Assembly (NCBI GenBank): GCA_977020255.1
Contig: CDROCS010001688.1
Location: 248,001 to 311,615 of the forward strand
Direction of reading: 5' to 3'
Length of the DNA: 63,615 nt
From: Obrimoposthia wandeli
Taxonomy: Eukaryota
Below are positions 30,900-41,686 of the stretch, piece after piece. The first letter of the stretch is position 1, and each line of letters begins with the position of its first letter. The notes under the pieces were generated by a model. That model saw nothing but the letters and a program-made list of their open reading frames with translations. It was not told the origin of the DNA and ran no database searches. The translations under genes were made by a program, and so were the position numbers.

Positions 30900-31808
30900 T
30901 TACTTTGCTTGACTCGTATTTAATTTTTTAAACTTGACGCTTCCAAATACATTGATAAAAGCACCAATAATAATCAGAGCTCCACCAGCCCAAGTCCATA
31001 TTGATGGGATCTCACTAAAGACTAACCATCCAAGAATGATTGAAAAAACCACCTGCACATAAGAATATGCCGTGGCTTTACTCGCAACTTCAGTTTTCAT
31101 CGCTTTTGTCAGTCCGACTTGCCCTACTTGAGTAAAAATACCAACAAATAGCAGTAGGAATAGCGCTTCTGTATTTGGCATTACAAAGTCATTGCCCAGT
31201 AATAACACAGATAGAGGCAACGCAATTAACGGAAAATAAAATATAATAACAGAACTATCTTCACTGCTACTTAACTGCTTTACAATGACATAAGCAATAG
31301 CACTTCCCAAAGCGCCCAATAAAGCAGCGGTTACACTTAGCCAAGGTAACGCTGTTGTGCTTTCCAATGTTAACCCAGGGCTAACCATTACAAGTAACCC
31401 TACGATACAAAAGACGATACAAATAATAGTTGAAATCTGAATTCGCTCTCTAAGAAACACTAACGCCAACAAAGCGGTAAACACAGGGTGTAGATATTGA
31501 AGAATAGTAGCTTCAGCTAAAGGTAAAGTAGCGATTGCGAAATAAACACATATTAAAGCCAGCGAACCTGCGACGCCTCTTGCTATCAGTAATTTCTTAT
31601 TATTACCCCAAACTGAAAGTCTTTTTCTTTTAATATCGGCATAGCTAATGACCAATGAAACAATTGCCCTAGCCGCTACAATTTCAAACACAGGTATGCC
31701 ATAAGTGCTGACCAATTTAACGCAGCTAGACATAAGTGCAAAAGCAAAAGCTGACATCAGCATATACCTAACACCGACAGGAACATGATTTATAAAGTGA
31801 GTAGGCAT
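30900..31808 (-). CDS. DMT/EamA family transporter
   Basis: 10 TM, LPLAEATILQYLHPVF, EIPSIWTWAGGALII. Confidence 0.9.
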   Translation of the reverse strand: MPTHFINHVPVGVRYMLMSAFAFALMSSCVKLVSTYGIPVFEIVAARAIVSLVISYADIKRKRLSVWGNNKKLLIARGVAGSLALICVYFAIATLPLAEATILQYLHPVFTALLALVFLRERIQISTIICIVFCIVGLLVMVSPGLTLESTTALPWLSVTAALLGALGSAIAYVIVKQLSSSEDSSVIIFYFPLIALPLSVLLLGNDFVMPNTEALFLLLFVGIFTQVGQVGLTKAMKTEVASKATAYSYVQVVFSIILGWLVFSEIPSIWTWAGGALIIIGAFINVFGSVKFKKLNTSQAK

Positions 31809-32075
31809 GAATACTTTTTATTTCAGTAAATTAGAGGCGTGATCTTATAAAAGAAATCACATAATTGGAAGTGATGATTTAAGGCAGTGAAAAAAACCAG
31901 TATTACTGGCCGCCTTCGCACATTGGCTTTATAGCAAGGGTAATCAACTGGAAATGAGGATGTTAAGAACGCCTCTTCTGGCTCAATTTGAAAGCAATTC
32001 ATGTACAACACAAACACTTGAGGCCGATAACTTTAACCTTTTTAGGGGGCAGTTTGATCTTAAGCATACAAGTAC

Positions 32076-32237
32076 ATGCAATTTTTTAGAACACTCAATT
32101 TAGAACATCACAAAATGAAGCGACTTGCTGATAAAACTGGCGAATAATTATTAGCACTACCTTATTACCCGAAACCTCTAACGGTTGCTGAGTTAAACAA
32201 TATTGCTGATTTTGATTCATGGGCTTGTGGCTATTAA
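32076..32237 (+). pseudogene. Interrupted ORF fragment, weakly YecA/UPF0149-like
   Basis: MQFFRTLNLEHHKMKRLADKTGE*LLALPYY...FDSWACGY*; family guess rests on the WxxGY motif only. Confidence 0.25.
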
Positions 32238-32263
32238 CTTATGCTGTAAGCTTATTTTTCAAC

Positions 32264-32632
32264 TCAAATCTTAGCTTTATACTCATAGCTTTTTATTTCA
32301 AATGGCGTTCCACCTGGATCATTAAAATACATCGACCAAAATAGATCATGCTCCATAAGCACATACTCGATGGAGTGTTCAAATAAATGCTTTTGCCAAT
32401 TGCTAAATTGGTTACTCGTTACGCTAAAAGCGACCGTTGTGCTGTGTATAGATTTTGATTCAAATAAACCGTGATGTTCACTGCCGTTGTCTACGGCGAA
32501 TGGAATACCTTCAATCCACAACCCAAGACTAGTCACACGAGTAAAGTCTAAATTTTCTAAGTATCTTTTTTGAACTAAAGCTCGATTATTTACATCCAAT
32601 TGGATGTGGTCTATTTGATCTAAATTAAGCAC
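32264..32632 (-). CDS. VOC family protein
   Basis: IDHIQLDV, VAFSV, SMYFNDPGG..FEI. Confidence 0.8.
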   Translation of the reverse strand: MLNLDQIDHIQLDVNNRALVQKRYLENLDFTRVTSLGLWIEGIPFAVDNGSEHHGLFESKSIHSTTVAFSVTSNQFSNWQKHLFEHSIEYVLMEHDLFWSMYFNDPGGTPFEIKSYEYKAKI

Positions 32633-32873
32633 AAAAATTCCTCCACTACATACAACCAGTATTAAACCAGATATTAAAAAAACAGCCTTTTCAATAATAT
32701 AGATTTATTTGTTTTGTGCAATCCGTCATAAAAAACACTCGTGTTTACAACATCGACGTTCAACACCCTCTATAGGTGATCATTAGCCCATTATTCGGCG
32801 CGTCGCGATAAATCAACCATGCATACACGCCAATAAATAAGTTATCGAATCGACAAAATATTGTTCTATATAC

Positions 32874-33299
32874 CTACACCTGAGAGGCAAAATAAGCCTT
32901 TACCTCAGCCTCGGTCATCTCTGCAGTTTGATTAGAAAAACAATAGTATTCAGGCCGTTGATCGCTGAAATATTGCATATTCATGATCAACCCCTCCAAC
33001 TGTGGAAACAAACCTACAGACATATTGTAACTTCCCGTTTTCTTTAAACGATAAAATAAATGCGTTCCGCATTCAGAGCAAAAACCACGAGATGCCCATG
33101 GTGAAGAATCGTATTCCTTCACATTTTTATAATTTTCAATAGTTACTTCTGTCCCACACTGTACAGCGAAGAAAGGGCCGCCACTCCAAGTCCGGCAGGT
33201 ATCACAATGACATACAGTAAATTTAGGGTTGACCGTGGCAACAGTTACTTTCACTGCACCGCACAAGCATTTTGCTACCTTTTCATGAGAATCTGACAT
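32874..33299 (-). CDS. GFA (glutathione-dependent formaldehyde-activating) family protein
   Basis: CLCGAV, CHCDTCR, RGFCSECGTHLF. Confidence 0.92.
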   Translation of the reverse strand: MSDSHEKVAKCLCGAVKVTVATVNPKFTVCHCDTCRTWSGGPFFAVQCGTEVTIENYKNVKEYDSSPWASRGFCSECGTHLFYRLKKTGSYNMSVGLFPQLEGLIMNMQYFSDQRPEYYCFSNQTAEMTEAEVKAYFASQV

Positions 33300-33424
33300 T
33301 ACAATATAACCTTATATTTTCGTGGATTAATTAGCTAAATGACTAACTAACTTAAGCCATGAATGCACAAAGAAAACGTACCTAAATAATGAATACTGAC
33401 ACAATGGCTATGCCAATCATTCTA

Positions 33425-33775
33425 TTATTCAAAAATGGGTTCATCGTAATTATAACCTTCATCTGAATAAGCCGTTACAATCGCATCTTCGACCAAGCCA
33501 GTTTCAGCTTTCACCTGTGTTTCAAAAAAGTGTTGGATTTGCTTTCTGCGTCCATGCGCCGCCCAACAGTCGGCATCTTCCCAAATTTCATTAAATACAA
33601 TGGGGTATTCATTTCGTGATGCACTAGGGTGATCAATCTGGCGAGTAAGCATATATTGGATGCAACCTTCTTCTCGGTAAGAATCTGGTTCAAGCGCTTT
33701 TAGAATTTCAAACAATTCTGCTTCTTTACCTGCTTTTGGCTTAAATTGAGCTAAAACATACACACGACTTGTCAT
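33425..33775 (-). CDS. Antibiotic biosynthesis monooxygenase family (putative quinol monooxygenase)
   Basis: KPKAGKE, REEGCIQY, FNEIWED..AAH. Confidence 0.85.
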   Translation of the reverse strand: MTSRVYVLAQFKPKAGKEAELFEILKALEPDSYREEGCIQYMLTRQIDHPSASRNEYPIVFNEIWEDADCWAAHGRRKQIQHFFETQVKAETGLVEDAIVTAYSDEGYNYDEPIFE

Positions 33776-34104
33776 GATACTTCCCTTTCATATAGATAAT
33801 TGAAATGATGATAACTGAGTTTGTTAAAAAAGGTAGCGACCCAATCGGGTGAGTATCACAGTAAGAGTATACAACGTCTGCAACTTATTAATTTCCAAAA
33901 AATTCTGTTGAAATTCAATGTGTAGATACTCAATTATGTCGGTTGGTCTTGAGCCAAGGCAGGTGTACGCTTCAATATAATCGCTTACCAACAATCATAC
34001 TTTACGTCTTTATAATATTTTCATAAGGTAAATCGGAGCTGGATTCAAGCAATAAGTTGAACACGTCGGATAGGTGTCAGTTTCGCGATACATGTCCTTA
34101 TCTG

Positions 34105-34477
34105 TTAGGTGATATTCCCACGTGTTTCATTGACTTGTTTGGCGAATACATCCATTTCCGATAATTTACTGCCTTGAAGGAACATAACTCCATTGTAGGC
34201 CCGTTTCATGTGTTGAACCTACTTGAAGTCATTGACTAGTCACGGCGAACAACACACCTAAAATCATCGCTATTGGAGCTAAAATGTACCCAAAACCTTC
34301 AGGACAAATAACCCAAACAATACTCGAAAAAAGTAATCCGTAACTAGTTACTCGTAGAGCATGTTTAATGAGATTATTTTGAACAACTCTAGCTTTTTTT
34401 ATTTTAGCTAAATCGTACTCATCAGATTTATACTGAAATTTATCACTGCTAACCATAAAATCTTTATTGCTTATCAT
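34105..34477 (-). pseudogene. DUF6232-like membrane protein pseudogene
   Basis: 82-aa ORF stops at TSQ*; downstream frames read LQVGSTHETGLQW and DVFAKQVNE, resembling the family C-terminus as I recall it. Confidence 0.5.
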
Positions 34478-34950
34478 ATAACCTCCCTATCATATAACGC
34501 CTACCACTTACGAATCTCCACAAAATACCTTTGCAGTTCGATAAGTAGACACACACCTTACCTTCTGATCTAATGAATTCACAAAAAACAAAAAAGATTG
34601 AAAGCAAGATGCGTGATATTCAAAGACTACACGAGTCGCTGGAAAATCAATGTCCTAACATTCAAAAAAAAAGACTCAAATCACTCATGGGTTTTGTGCA
34701 AGCATTACTTTGCAATAATGCACTTACGCAGATTTTTGTTAAACTCCAAACCATTACCCGTTTGATTAACCACTCTTTACTAATACACAGCCAACAGGAG
34801 GGTTAGGTCTAAAAACTCATTACGTGATCAACTAAAACGTTACCATCTTTGCGAACTCGTTAGAAAGAGCATAATTTAAGACTAAAAAACACGGTTCATT
34901 GATGTTAGATTCACTGAATAATTCACATTAATAAAAAAGGCCCCCTATGA

Positions 34951-36687
34951 CTAGAAGGCCTGTTTAAGCTTTTCGTTTATATAGAAGAAGACTCGCAAAT
35001 CTAATAAAACCATCACCACTGCAATGGTACCAACGATCGCCAGATAAAAGGTAGTCCAGAATTGAACGCCCTCATTGACCGACTTAGCAAACAAGCTCAA
35101 CTCCCTCGCGTTGGTCGGTACGGTAAAGCGTGAGTTGGCAAACTCATTACTGCAGGTCGCTTGTGCTTGGTCATAGCTCACCGCCTGGCTGGTAGCCTGA
35201 AGTTGACTTTCGCTGTCCATGCAGAGCGCAGGATACTGCTCGCTTTGACTTGCAGTGGCAAAATGGGCATAGCCATCAGAGCCCACCGACAACTTAACAT
35301 GCTGTCGACCAACGCTCGGTGTATCCAGACCGTTTCGCCAACTAAAGATGTGATTGGCAATATAGCCATCGGCATCATCGGGCAGGAACTGATCGCGACC
35401 GATAAAGTTGATACCGCACTCCAACGCCGGTCGCACTTGCGATACCGGCAGATAGTGATCCCAGGCCCAACCGCGTTTGTCTTCAACAATGGTACTGAAA
35501 CGACCCAACTCCCAAGCAGGCAGGCTTGATGGACAACCAGCAGCATAATCATGGTCATCACTGGTCTCGGGGCCCATTCGGTTCCAGATCACGCTACGGT
35601 AGTCGGTATTGTTACCGCAATCACCGTTAAAGGCGAAGAACATGATCTGCTTGCCGTCATCGAGTAACTCTTTGGTCGTCAAAGATTCCGGCGCATAGTT
35701 ACAGCCATTGCCTGCATCTCGAAAGACCATATTGCCGAAGGTTTCAATGATCTCTCGGGCTACATCCTGCTCATAGCCTTCATTCTTGCTAGAGTGCTCA
35801 AACTTGACATAGATAAACTGCCCGGAATTGACCCTCAGCCAATTTTTGATCTCAGACATGACCCGCACAAAACTGGTGCCGCTGGTATCGACCTTGTGTT
35901 TGAGTGTACGACCGACAACATCAATCTCAATCGTCCGCACTCCAGACTCCAACTGCTCGACAATAGAGGTGGACTGATTGGGTTTAGCACTAGCCCAGTA
36001 GTAATCGCCCGAGTTATAGGAGTTATGAGTACCCATCCAAGTAGCTTTGTAGATGGGTGAGTAGGTTACTAGCTCGTTCTGCGCCGCCATCTGCTCCTGT
36101 AGCGTTGAAGGCTGACGGGTATGAACCCTAAAACTGTCAGCCTCATCATTGAAGCCATGGTCTTTAAGGTTGCCGGATGAGCGCATCAGGGTTACGCTAT
36201 TATTATTGAAATTGGGGTAACTATACAAAGTCGCGCCAGCATTGCCGCTAAGAAACACTGAACTCATCTCGTTGGTTAGATCAGCTATCCCCATATCAGC
36301 GATCCCCTCTCCCGCCATCGTGCACATCGGAGTACCGGCATAGCCTGAATCTTGATAGAGGCAAGCAAAATCATTGGTGGTTCTTTCCAATAATTCGAAT
36401 GAGGAAATGCTGTCATTCAGTCTTTTAAACAGAAAAGTATCCTGCATCACCGTGGTGGACTTGCCCCGTTGGTTGCCATGTTCATAAACTTTGACATAGG
36501 CGTTGCCATAAAGTCGAATCGCCGTGACCTTATCGTTCATACTACTTGGCATATTCTGCTGGCCCAGCTGCTGAGTACACCATTTTTGCCCAAAAAAGTT
36601 TTCATCTTCGTAGAAGCACACTTTGGCATCCTCCGCCCAGGCGGTGCCAGATAACAATACAGATGCTATCAATATAGTTTTTTTCAT
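34951..36687 (-). CDS. Secreted PI-PLC X-domain phosphodiesterase with N-terminal beta/gamma-crystallin repeats
   Basis: Signal peptide MKKTILIASVLLSGTAWA; four crystallin Greek-key motifs; GTHNSYNS, QLESGVRTIEIDV. Confidence 0.82.
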   Translation of the reverse strand: MKKTILIASVLLSGTAWAEDAKVCFYEDENFFGQKWCTQQLGQQNMPSSMNDKVTAIRLYGNAYVKVYEHGNQRGKSTTVMQDTFLFKRLNDSISSFELLERTTNDFACLYQDSGYAGTPMCTMAGEGIADMGIADLTNEMSSVFLSGNAGATLYSYPNFNNNSVTLMRSSGNLKDHGFNDEADSFRVHTRQPSTLQEQMAAQNELVTYSPIYKATWMGTHNSYNSGDYYWASAKPNQSTSIVEQLESGVRTIEIDVVGRTLKHKVDTSGTSFVRVMSEIKNWLRVNSGQFIYVKFEHSSKNEGYEQDVAREIIETFGNMVFRDAGNGCNYAPESLTTKELLDDGKQIMFFAFNGDCGNNTDYRSVIWNRMGPETSDDHDYAAGCPSSLPAWELGRFSTIVEDKRGWAWDHYLPVSQVRPALECGINFIGRDQFLPDDADGYIANHIFSWRNGLDTPSVGRQHVKLSVGSDGYAHFATASQSEQYPALCMDSESQLQATSQAVSYDQAQATCSNEFANSRFTVPTNARELSLFAKSVNEGVQFWTTFYLAIVGTIAVVMVLLDLRVFFYINEKLKQAF

Positions 36688-37090
36688 CAGAGATCCTGCT
36701 CTTGTAGTTAATGAACAGAGTAACGACAACATACCCATTGCTTCAGCGCATTGCCGCAAGGTAGATATGAGAAAACACGCACCCTGGGTGCTGAATCTGA
36801 TCTTAGAGACACAATGTCGATGTGGCACCACGCAAGGTGCATGAACTTCCTGCTGTCACATTTGCAGCCAAGACATTCGCACGTCATTACAATCTTTTTC
36901 TGCGATGCCGAGCTCGGTTTGAGCCCAGCAGAGCAAGATGTACTGTACCTGCCATAGCTGAAAACAATCAAAAGTACGGCTCTCCAGCATTAGACTTAAT
37001 ATTTTCAGCAACTTGTAGGCAGGTAGCATCATTGTATTACTAACATGTTTAGTTACGGGGTTAATGTTGAACGCTTAAATACCATCAATA

Positions 37091-37951
37091 CTATTTTGGC
37101 TCGACATTTGAAATAACAGATAGATGATCAGAGGAATAAATCCCATCTTTCATGACATTGACATATTTAAATGTATTAACGCGCAATTGATCATTCACAA
37201 AGATATAATCAATGTCTTCGGTAGGCTCTTTAAAATAACCATGATATGTATATTCCTTACCGTCAATACCTTCAAATGGCTTTATAGTTGTAGACCTCGC
37301 ATCATTAAATAAACGGGTCAATGCTTCATATGAAGCAACGTCACTTCTTTCAAAGTTTAAGTCACCTAAAACAATAACTGCATCATTATCATCACCAATA
37401 ATTTCTTTGGCTTTCTTACTTAATAATTTAGCACTCTGCTGCCGTGCGACTTTACCAATATGATCAAAATGAGCATTAAATACGAGTACACGTTTACTTG
37501 ACTCTTTGTCTTCAAGTCTTACCCAGCTTGTAATACGAGTTAGATCTGCATCCCAACCAACACTCGCGACAACCTCTGGGGTTTCAGAAAGCCAAAATGT
37601 ACCACCACCAAGTTTTACATACTTATCAGCCCTGTAAAAAATTGGGACGGCCTCGCCTTTTGTTTTACCATCATCTCGCCCAACCCCAACCCAGCCATAG
37701 TTAGATAAATTTCTAGCTAAATAAATAATTTGATCATTAAAAGCTTCCTGTAAGCCAGCAATATCAATATTTTGTTCACTGAATATTGATGTCACTATTT
37801 CCTTACGATTTTCCCAAGTGTTATTTCCATCATATACACTGCCATCAACACTATCCTTACTATTTCTTATATTAAATGACATAACATTAAAGTCATCGGC
37901 AATTGCAGGTAGTGCCAGCGCAGCTAGCAGTAATATAGCTATCTTTTTCAT
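37091..37951 (-). CDS. Secreted endonuclease/exonuclease/phosphatase (EEP) family protein
   Basis: Signal peptide; MSFNIR, GLQEA, NAHFDH, LGDLN, IDYIFV, SDHLSV. Confidence 0.92.
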   Translation of the reverse strand: MKKIAILLLAALALPAIADDFNVMSFNIRNSKDSVDGSVYDGNNTWENRKEIVTSIFSEQNIDIAGLQEAFNDQIIYLARNLSNYGWVGVGRDDGKTKGEAVPIFYRADKYVKLGGGTFWLSETPEVVASVGWDADLTRITSWVRLEDKESSKRVLVFNAHFDHIGKVARQQSAKLLSKKAKEIIGDDNDAVIVLGDLNFERSDVASYEALTRLFNDARSTTIKPFEGIDGKEYTYHGYFKEPTEDIDYIFVNDQLRVNTFKYVNVMKDGIYSSDHLSVISNVEPK

Positions 37952-38091
37952 TAGTTAATTTCCTTATTTCAATTGAATTTTAAATATAAACACTCGAAAC
38001 ATAATGCTGTGCCCGCCTGAGCTGGTGAGCCGAAAATACGGCTCATAAGTAACTTAGCGGGCTTATAGGTCAATCAGTAAGTTCTGGCGGC

Positions 38092-40206
38092 TTAGTTGAT
38101 AGAATCTAAACGCTTCAGCTCAGGTGCCAGATCGGTCAGCTCGCCTTTTTCAAGATCGATCATAAAGTGACGGCTGGCATTACCGTTGGCAAACTTGGTC
38201 AAAATACCAAACAGGCTACCAAAACGCTGCTTAAAGACCTCGCCAAAAGCGCTGGAAGCATCAATTGGCTTTGAACGTAAATCTTTGGCCAGTGTTTGTG
38301 CCAACAGGCTGTACTGAGGAATGCGCTGCTTCTCGATATCTTTAAAAGCAAGCTCATCGGCATTTCTCAAGCGATAGAAATCAACCGCAAAATCAAAGCC
38401 GTTCCAGCGCGCAAAGTCGTCCAGAGTCAGGTTCGACTGTTTTGCCAGCTCAGATGCCTTAATGCTGGCTTGCTGCCAAGCTTGTGCAAACTCGGGATCA
38501 TTGATGTCTGCTGGTGCGAAGTAGGTTTCGCCCTCACCTTGCTGACAGATTTCAATAGCCTGTTGGCCTTTGGTCAGTGTTGCAATTTGCTCATTGCTAA
38601 TGGAACTGTCCAGCTGGCTTAAGATCAGCATGCTTTTACCATCCAAGGCAAACAGCATCTGTTTTAAGTCACAAGGCCACTCTTCGGGAAGGAAACGCAT
38701 CCGAGTAAGCTCGGTAATGTGCCAGTTAGTAAACTCATAATAATTTTTGGCACTGAGCACTTCTTTATTCCATATTTCATCGGCGTCAATCTGCTTAAGG
38801 TGATCCCACTCCTTTGCATAGTGTTCAAACAATTCGTTAAAGCGCGGAACTTCATCCAAAATCACGGTTTCCACTTCAACCTGCTGCTGATTTTTAAAAG
38901 TTAGGAGTTTATAAGCAGGCACATAAGCCGCCATTGACGGTGCCTGAACATTAAACAAGAAGGTGTTATCATCGTAGTACTTAACCCCGGTATCGTTAAA
39001 GTGCATGTGACCACCGACATGAAGCTTGATGCCGGTTTGTGCCAAAGCTTTACTGACATCTTCTCTCGGCGAGCGTTTCAGCTGGAAGTTACCTTGTCCG
39101 AAGATGTCTGCAATGGTTTCTGCGGCGCCGTTATAAAACTCGGTCATCGGGAAGTGACTGAACGTAACAAGGATCTTATCTTGATCTTCAGCTCGCTTGA
39201 CGACATCACGCATCCAGTCAATAACTTGCTGTTTATGGGTCAGCATTTTGTTATAGCCTGCATTGCCAGAACCTGAATAATTATCGCCCGCTTCGGGGTT
39301 GCTAGTATCAGCATTGGCTTTTGGTACATACACGTTGGCATCAATAGCAAGTAACCATAGGCCGGGGGTTGGCTCCACCAGATAACTGGTGTCTGGCACG
39401 CTCATGCATGAGGTGTAGCCCTCTTTTTTATATTTTCCCCCCGTACCCTGATTGCAAATTTCATACTGGCGCTTCTGGTAATCAGCCGCTTTGCTTGCTT
39501 TCGTAAAACTGTAGCTTTTTTGATTGTAGTCTGAATACGGCGTTTCCCAATATACATTGGACTTTTGTGGGGAAAAACCATAATCAGCTAATGATGACAT
39601 CAGGCCTTCATAACCTAATTCTCGGATCTCTTCACTACATACCGTCGGTAGTTCATACCCAGCATCAATCACGGCAGAAACACCGTCATACCCCAGACAC
39701 TCTTTTACCCCTTTGCTAAAGATCCGCTGAGTTTTTCCATCCTCGCCTAAGAAGTCAGATTTGCCACCAGGCCGCCCAAAAGGTCTAACCGGATCATGGT
39801 TACCCGGAGCGGCAAAGAACTCAATACCGTGTTCTTTATTGTAGCGCTCCAATATTTTCTGAAGTCCGCGTACATTGACTGGCTGACCGTCATCACTGAA
39901 ATCACCTGGCAAAGCAACGTACTTAACACCACGCGCAACAGCATCATCAAGAGCCGCGATTAACGCAAAGTAATTTTCATTAAACAACCGAGTCGATGTC
40001 AATTGAGCATGCATACTTCGAATGGTTGCATTCTTACCGCTTTTGCTGTTTTTAGGCCCTTGATATGAACCGTCTTCAAACGAGCCGTACACATCATGGA
40101 AGTGGATATCTGGCATAAATGCTACTTTCATTTCTTTCGCGACAGCAGAGGTACAGACCCCGCAGGCGATCATGACAGCCATGCTCAGTTTCGTTATATT
40201 TTTCAT
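38092..40206 (-). CDS. Secreted calcineurin-like metallophosphoesterase
   Basis: Signal peptide; PDIHFHD, PGDFSDDG, PGNHD, FSHFP, GGHMH. Confidence 0.88.
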   Translation of the reverse strand: MKNITKLSMAVMIACGVCTSAVAKEMKVAFMPDIHFHDVYGSFEDGSYQGPKNSKSGKNATIRSMHAQLTSTRLFNENYFALIAALDDAVARGVKYVALPGDFSDDGQPVNVRGLQKILERYNKEHGIEFFAAPGNHDPVRPFGRPGGKSDFLGEDGKTQRIFSKGVKECLGYDGVSAVIDAGYELPTVCSEEIRELGYEGLMSSLADYGFSPQKSNVYWETPYSDYNQKSYSFTKASKAADYQKRQYEICNQGTGGKYKKEGYTSCMSVPDTSYLVEPTPGLWLLAIDANVYVPKANADTSNPEAGDNYSGSGNAGYNKMLTHKQQVIDWMRDVVKRAEDQDKILVTFSHFPMTEFYNGAAETIADIFGQGNFQLKRSPREDVSKALAQTGIKLHVGGHMHFNDTGVKYYDDNTFLFNVQAPSMAAYVPAYKLLTFKNQQQVEVETVILDEVPRFNELFEHYAKEWDHLKQIDADEIWNKEVLSAKNYYEFTNWHITELTRMRFLPEEWPCDLKQMLFALDGKSMLILSQLDSSISNEQIATLTKGQQAIEICQQGEGETYFAPADINDPEFAQAWQQASIKASELAKQSNLTLDDFARWNGFDFAVDFYRLRNADELAFKDIEKQRIPQYSLLAQTLAKDLRSKPIDASSAFGEVFKQRFGSLFGILTKFANGNASRHFMIDLEKGELTDLAPELKRLDSIN

Positions 40207-40236
40207 TTTTAGTCCACATTATTGAATGAGTAAGAG

Positions 40237-41358
40237 TTAAGCTTTAGTGATATTAAAACTTGGCTTGTCCGACTTTTTTGTTATTTTTGTCGGCATTTCA
40301 CCTTTGAAAACTAACAATGAACCTAAGGTGACAATGGCCGACCCCACAGCAATTGCCACAACATAAGTCAACCAGTTTTCCACCGCCAGCCAGCCATAAA
40401 AACCAGAGATTGGAGCACGGTTAACCGCACCAAAACCAACAGCCATCGCCGAGCCCACAGCTGAGCCAATCACATTTATAATAATTATTTTTGGGTTTGC
40501 TAAGGCAAAAGGAATCGCACCTTCAGAGACACCAATAAGCCCCATAAGAGTGGACGCCTTGCCAGCTTCTTGTAATGACTCAGGAAAACGGGACTTCCAG
40601 ATCAAAGTAGCAACACCAATGCCGATAGGTGGGATAATAATGGCAACCTGTGCAGCTGTATTCGGGTCATAAATTCCGGAGGCCAGCATCGCCATTGCCG
40701 TAGTCACCGCCGCCTTGTTAATTGGACCACCCAGGTCAAACCCCACCATGCCGCCGATAATGGCTGCCAAAATAACTTTGTTGGTACCTGACATGCTGAG
40801 CAACCAAGCTTCTAGACCACGGTTCATTGCGGCAAGAGGGTCACCAATCACATACATCATGATGATACATGCCAATAATGTACCGCCGACTGGGATAATA
40901 AAAATGGGCCCTGCAGACGCCAGCGATTGCGGTAGCTTAATGCTTTTCGCAAGGTAGCGGACAATATAGCCAGCCACAAAACCTGCGGCTAATGCACCCA
41001 GGAAGCCTGTACCCAGATCTTTTGCCAACAAACCCGCAATCATACCTGGACCAATACCCGGCTTATCGGCTAACGAGTATGCGATATAACCCGCCACCAC
41101 GGGCAGCATTAAGCTAAGCGCCATTCCGCCGAATCCATCAAAGGCATGGAACATCCTGATCAGCGCATTACCCGCATCAGCATGACTGCCATCCCAGATA
41201 TTATCGATGCCATAAAATGAAGCGCCAATACGGGATATCCCCATAATTACGGCACCAGCAATGATAAAAGGCAGCATATAAGATACGCCTGTCATTATTG
41301 CTTGTTTTATTTCAACACCCGTTGAATTTCTTTTTTTATTTACATTAAACTTAACCAT
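40237..41358 (-). CDS. PTS fructose-family EIIC (cassette 2)
   Basis: MTGVSYMLPF, GFDLGGPINKAA, GVSEGAIPF. Confidence 0.92.
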   Translation of the reverse strand: MVKFNVNKKRNSTGVEIKQAIMTGVSYMLPFIIAGAVIMGISRIGASFYGIDNIWDGSHADAGNALIRMFHAFDGFGGMALSLMLPVVAGYIAYSLADKPGIGPGMIAGLLAKDLGTGFLGALAAGFVAGYIVRYLAKSIKLPQSLASAGPIFIIPVGGTLLACIIMMYVIGDPLAAMNRGLEAWLLSMSGTNKVILAAIIGGMVGFDLGGPINKAAVTTAMAMLASGIYDPNTAAQVAIIIPPIGIGVATLIWKSRFPESLQEAGKASTLMGLIGVSEGAIPFALANPKIIIINVIGSAVGSAMAVGFGAVNRAPISGFYGWLAVENWLTYVVAIAVGSAIVTLGSLLVFKGEMPTKITKKSDKPSFNITKA

Positions 41359-41665
41359 TATTAATCGCCTCACATAAAGCTTCAAAAACAGCCTCACCAT
41401 GTTTAATTGGATCCGATACTGCGCATTCTAATATCGGCAACCCAACAAACCTCCCTTTATCATTAATTGCCACTTCCGAAGCAATAATAATACCATCCGC
41501 ACGTTTCATATCCTCTTCAGTTATTACATTTTCAGCCCCCATACTACCCTGAGTTTCCACCTTAACCTCATGACCTAATGACTCACCAATTATTGATAGT
41601 GACTCGGCAGCCATATAAGTATGAGCTACGCCCGTCGGGCACGCAGCAACGCAAACAAAAAACAT
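41351..41665 (-). CDS. PTS fructose-family EIIB (cassette 2)
   Basis: ACPTGVAHTYMAAE, KVETQGS. Confidence 0.95.
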   Translation of the reverse strand: MFFVCVAACPTGVAHTYMAAESLSIIGESLGHEVKVETQGSMGAENVITEEDMKRADGIIIASEVAINDKGRFVGLPILECAVSDPIKHGEAVFEALCEAINNG

Positions 41666-41686
41666 AGTTCTTTCCTTATATTATTT

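Noticed and set aside
32712-32733. CRP-like site TGTGC-N6-TCATA upstream of the VOC gene
   Set aside because: Two core mismatches in AT-rich DNA and no functional context; chance match is plausible.
34573-34806. 77-aa plus-strand ORF
   Set aside because: Low-complexity A-rich frame with no SD or recognisable motif.
25700-37000. Intact chromosomal integron or prophage
   Set aside because: No integrase, no regularly repeated attC sites, no phage genes; gene orientations are mixed.
36700-37050. Possible IS/transposase remnant upstream of the PI-PLC (several short overlapping ORFs)
   Set aside because: No DDE motif, terminal inverted repeats or target duplication that I could identify; worth a BLASTx but unsupported.
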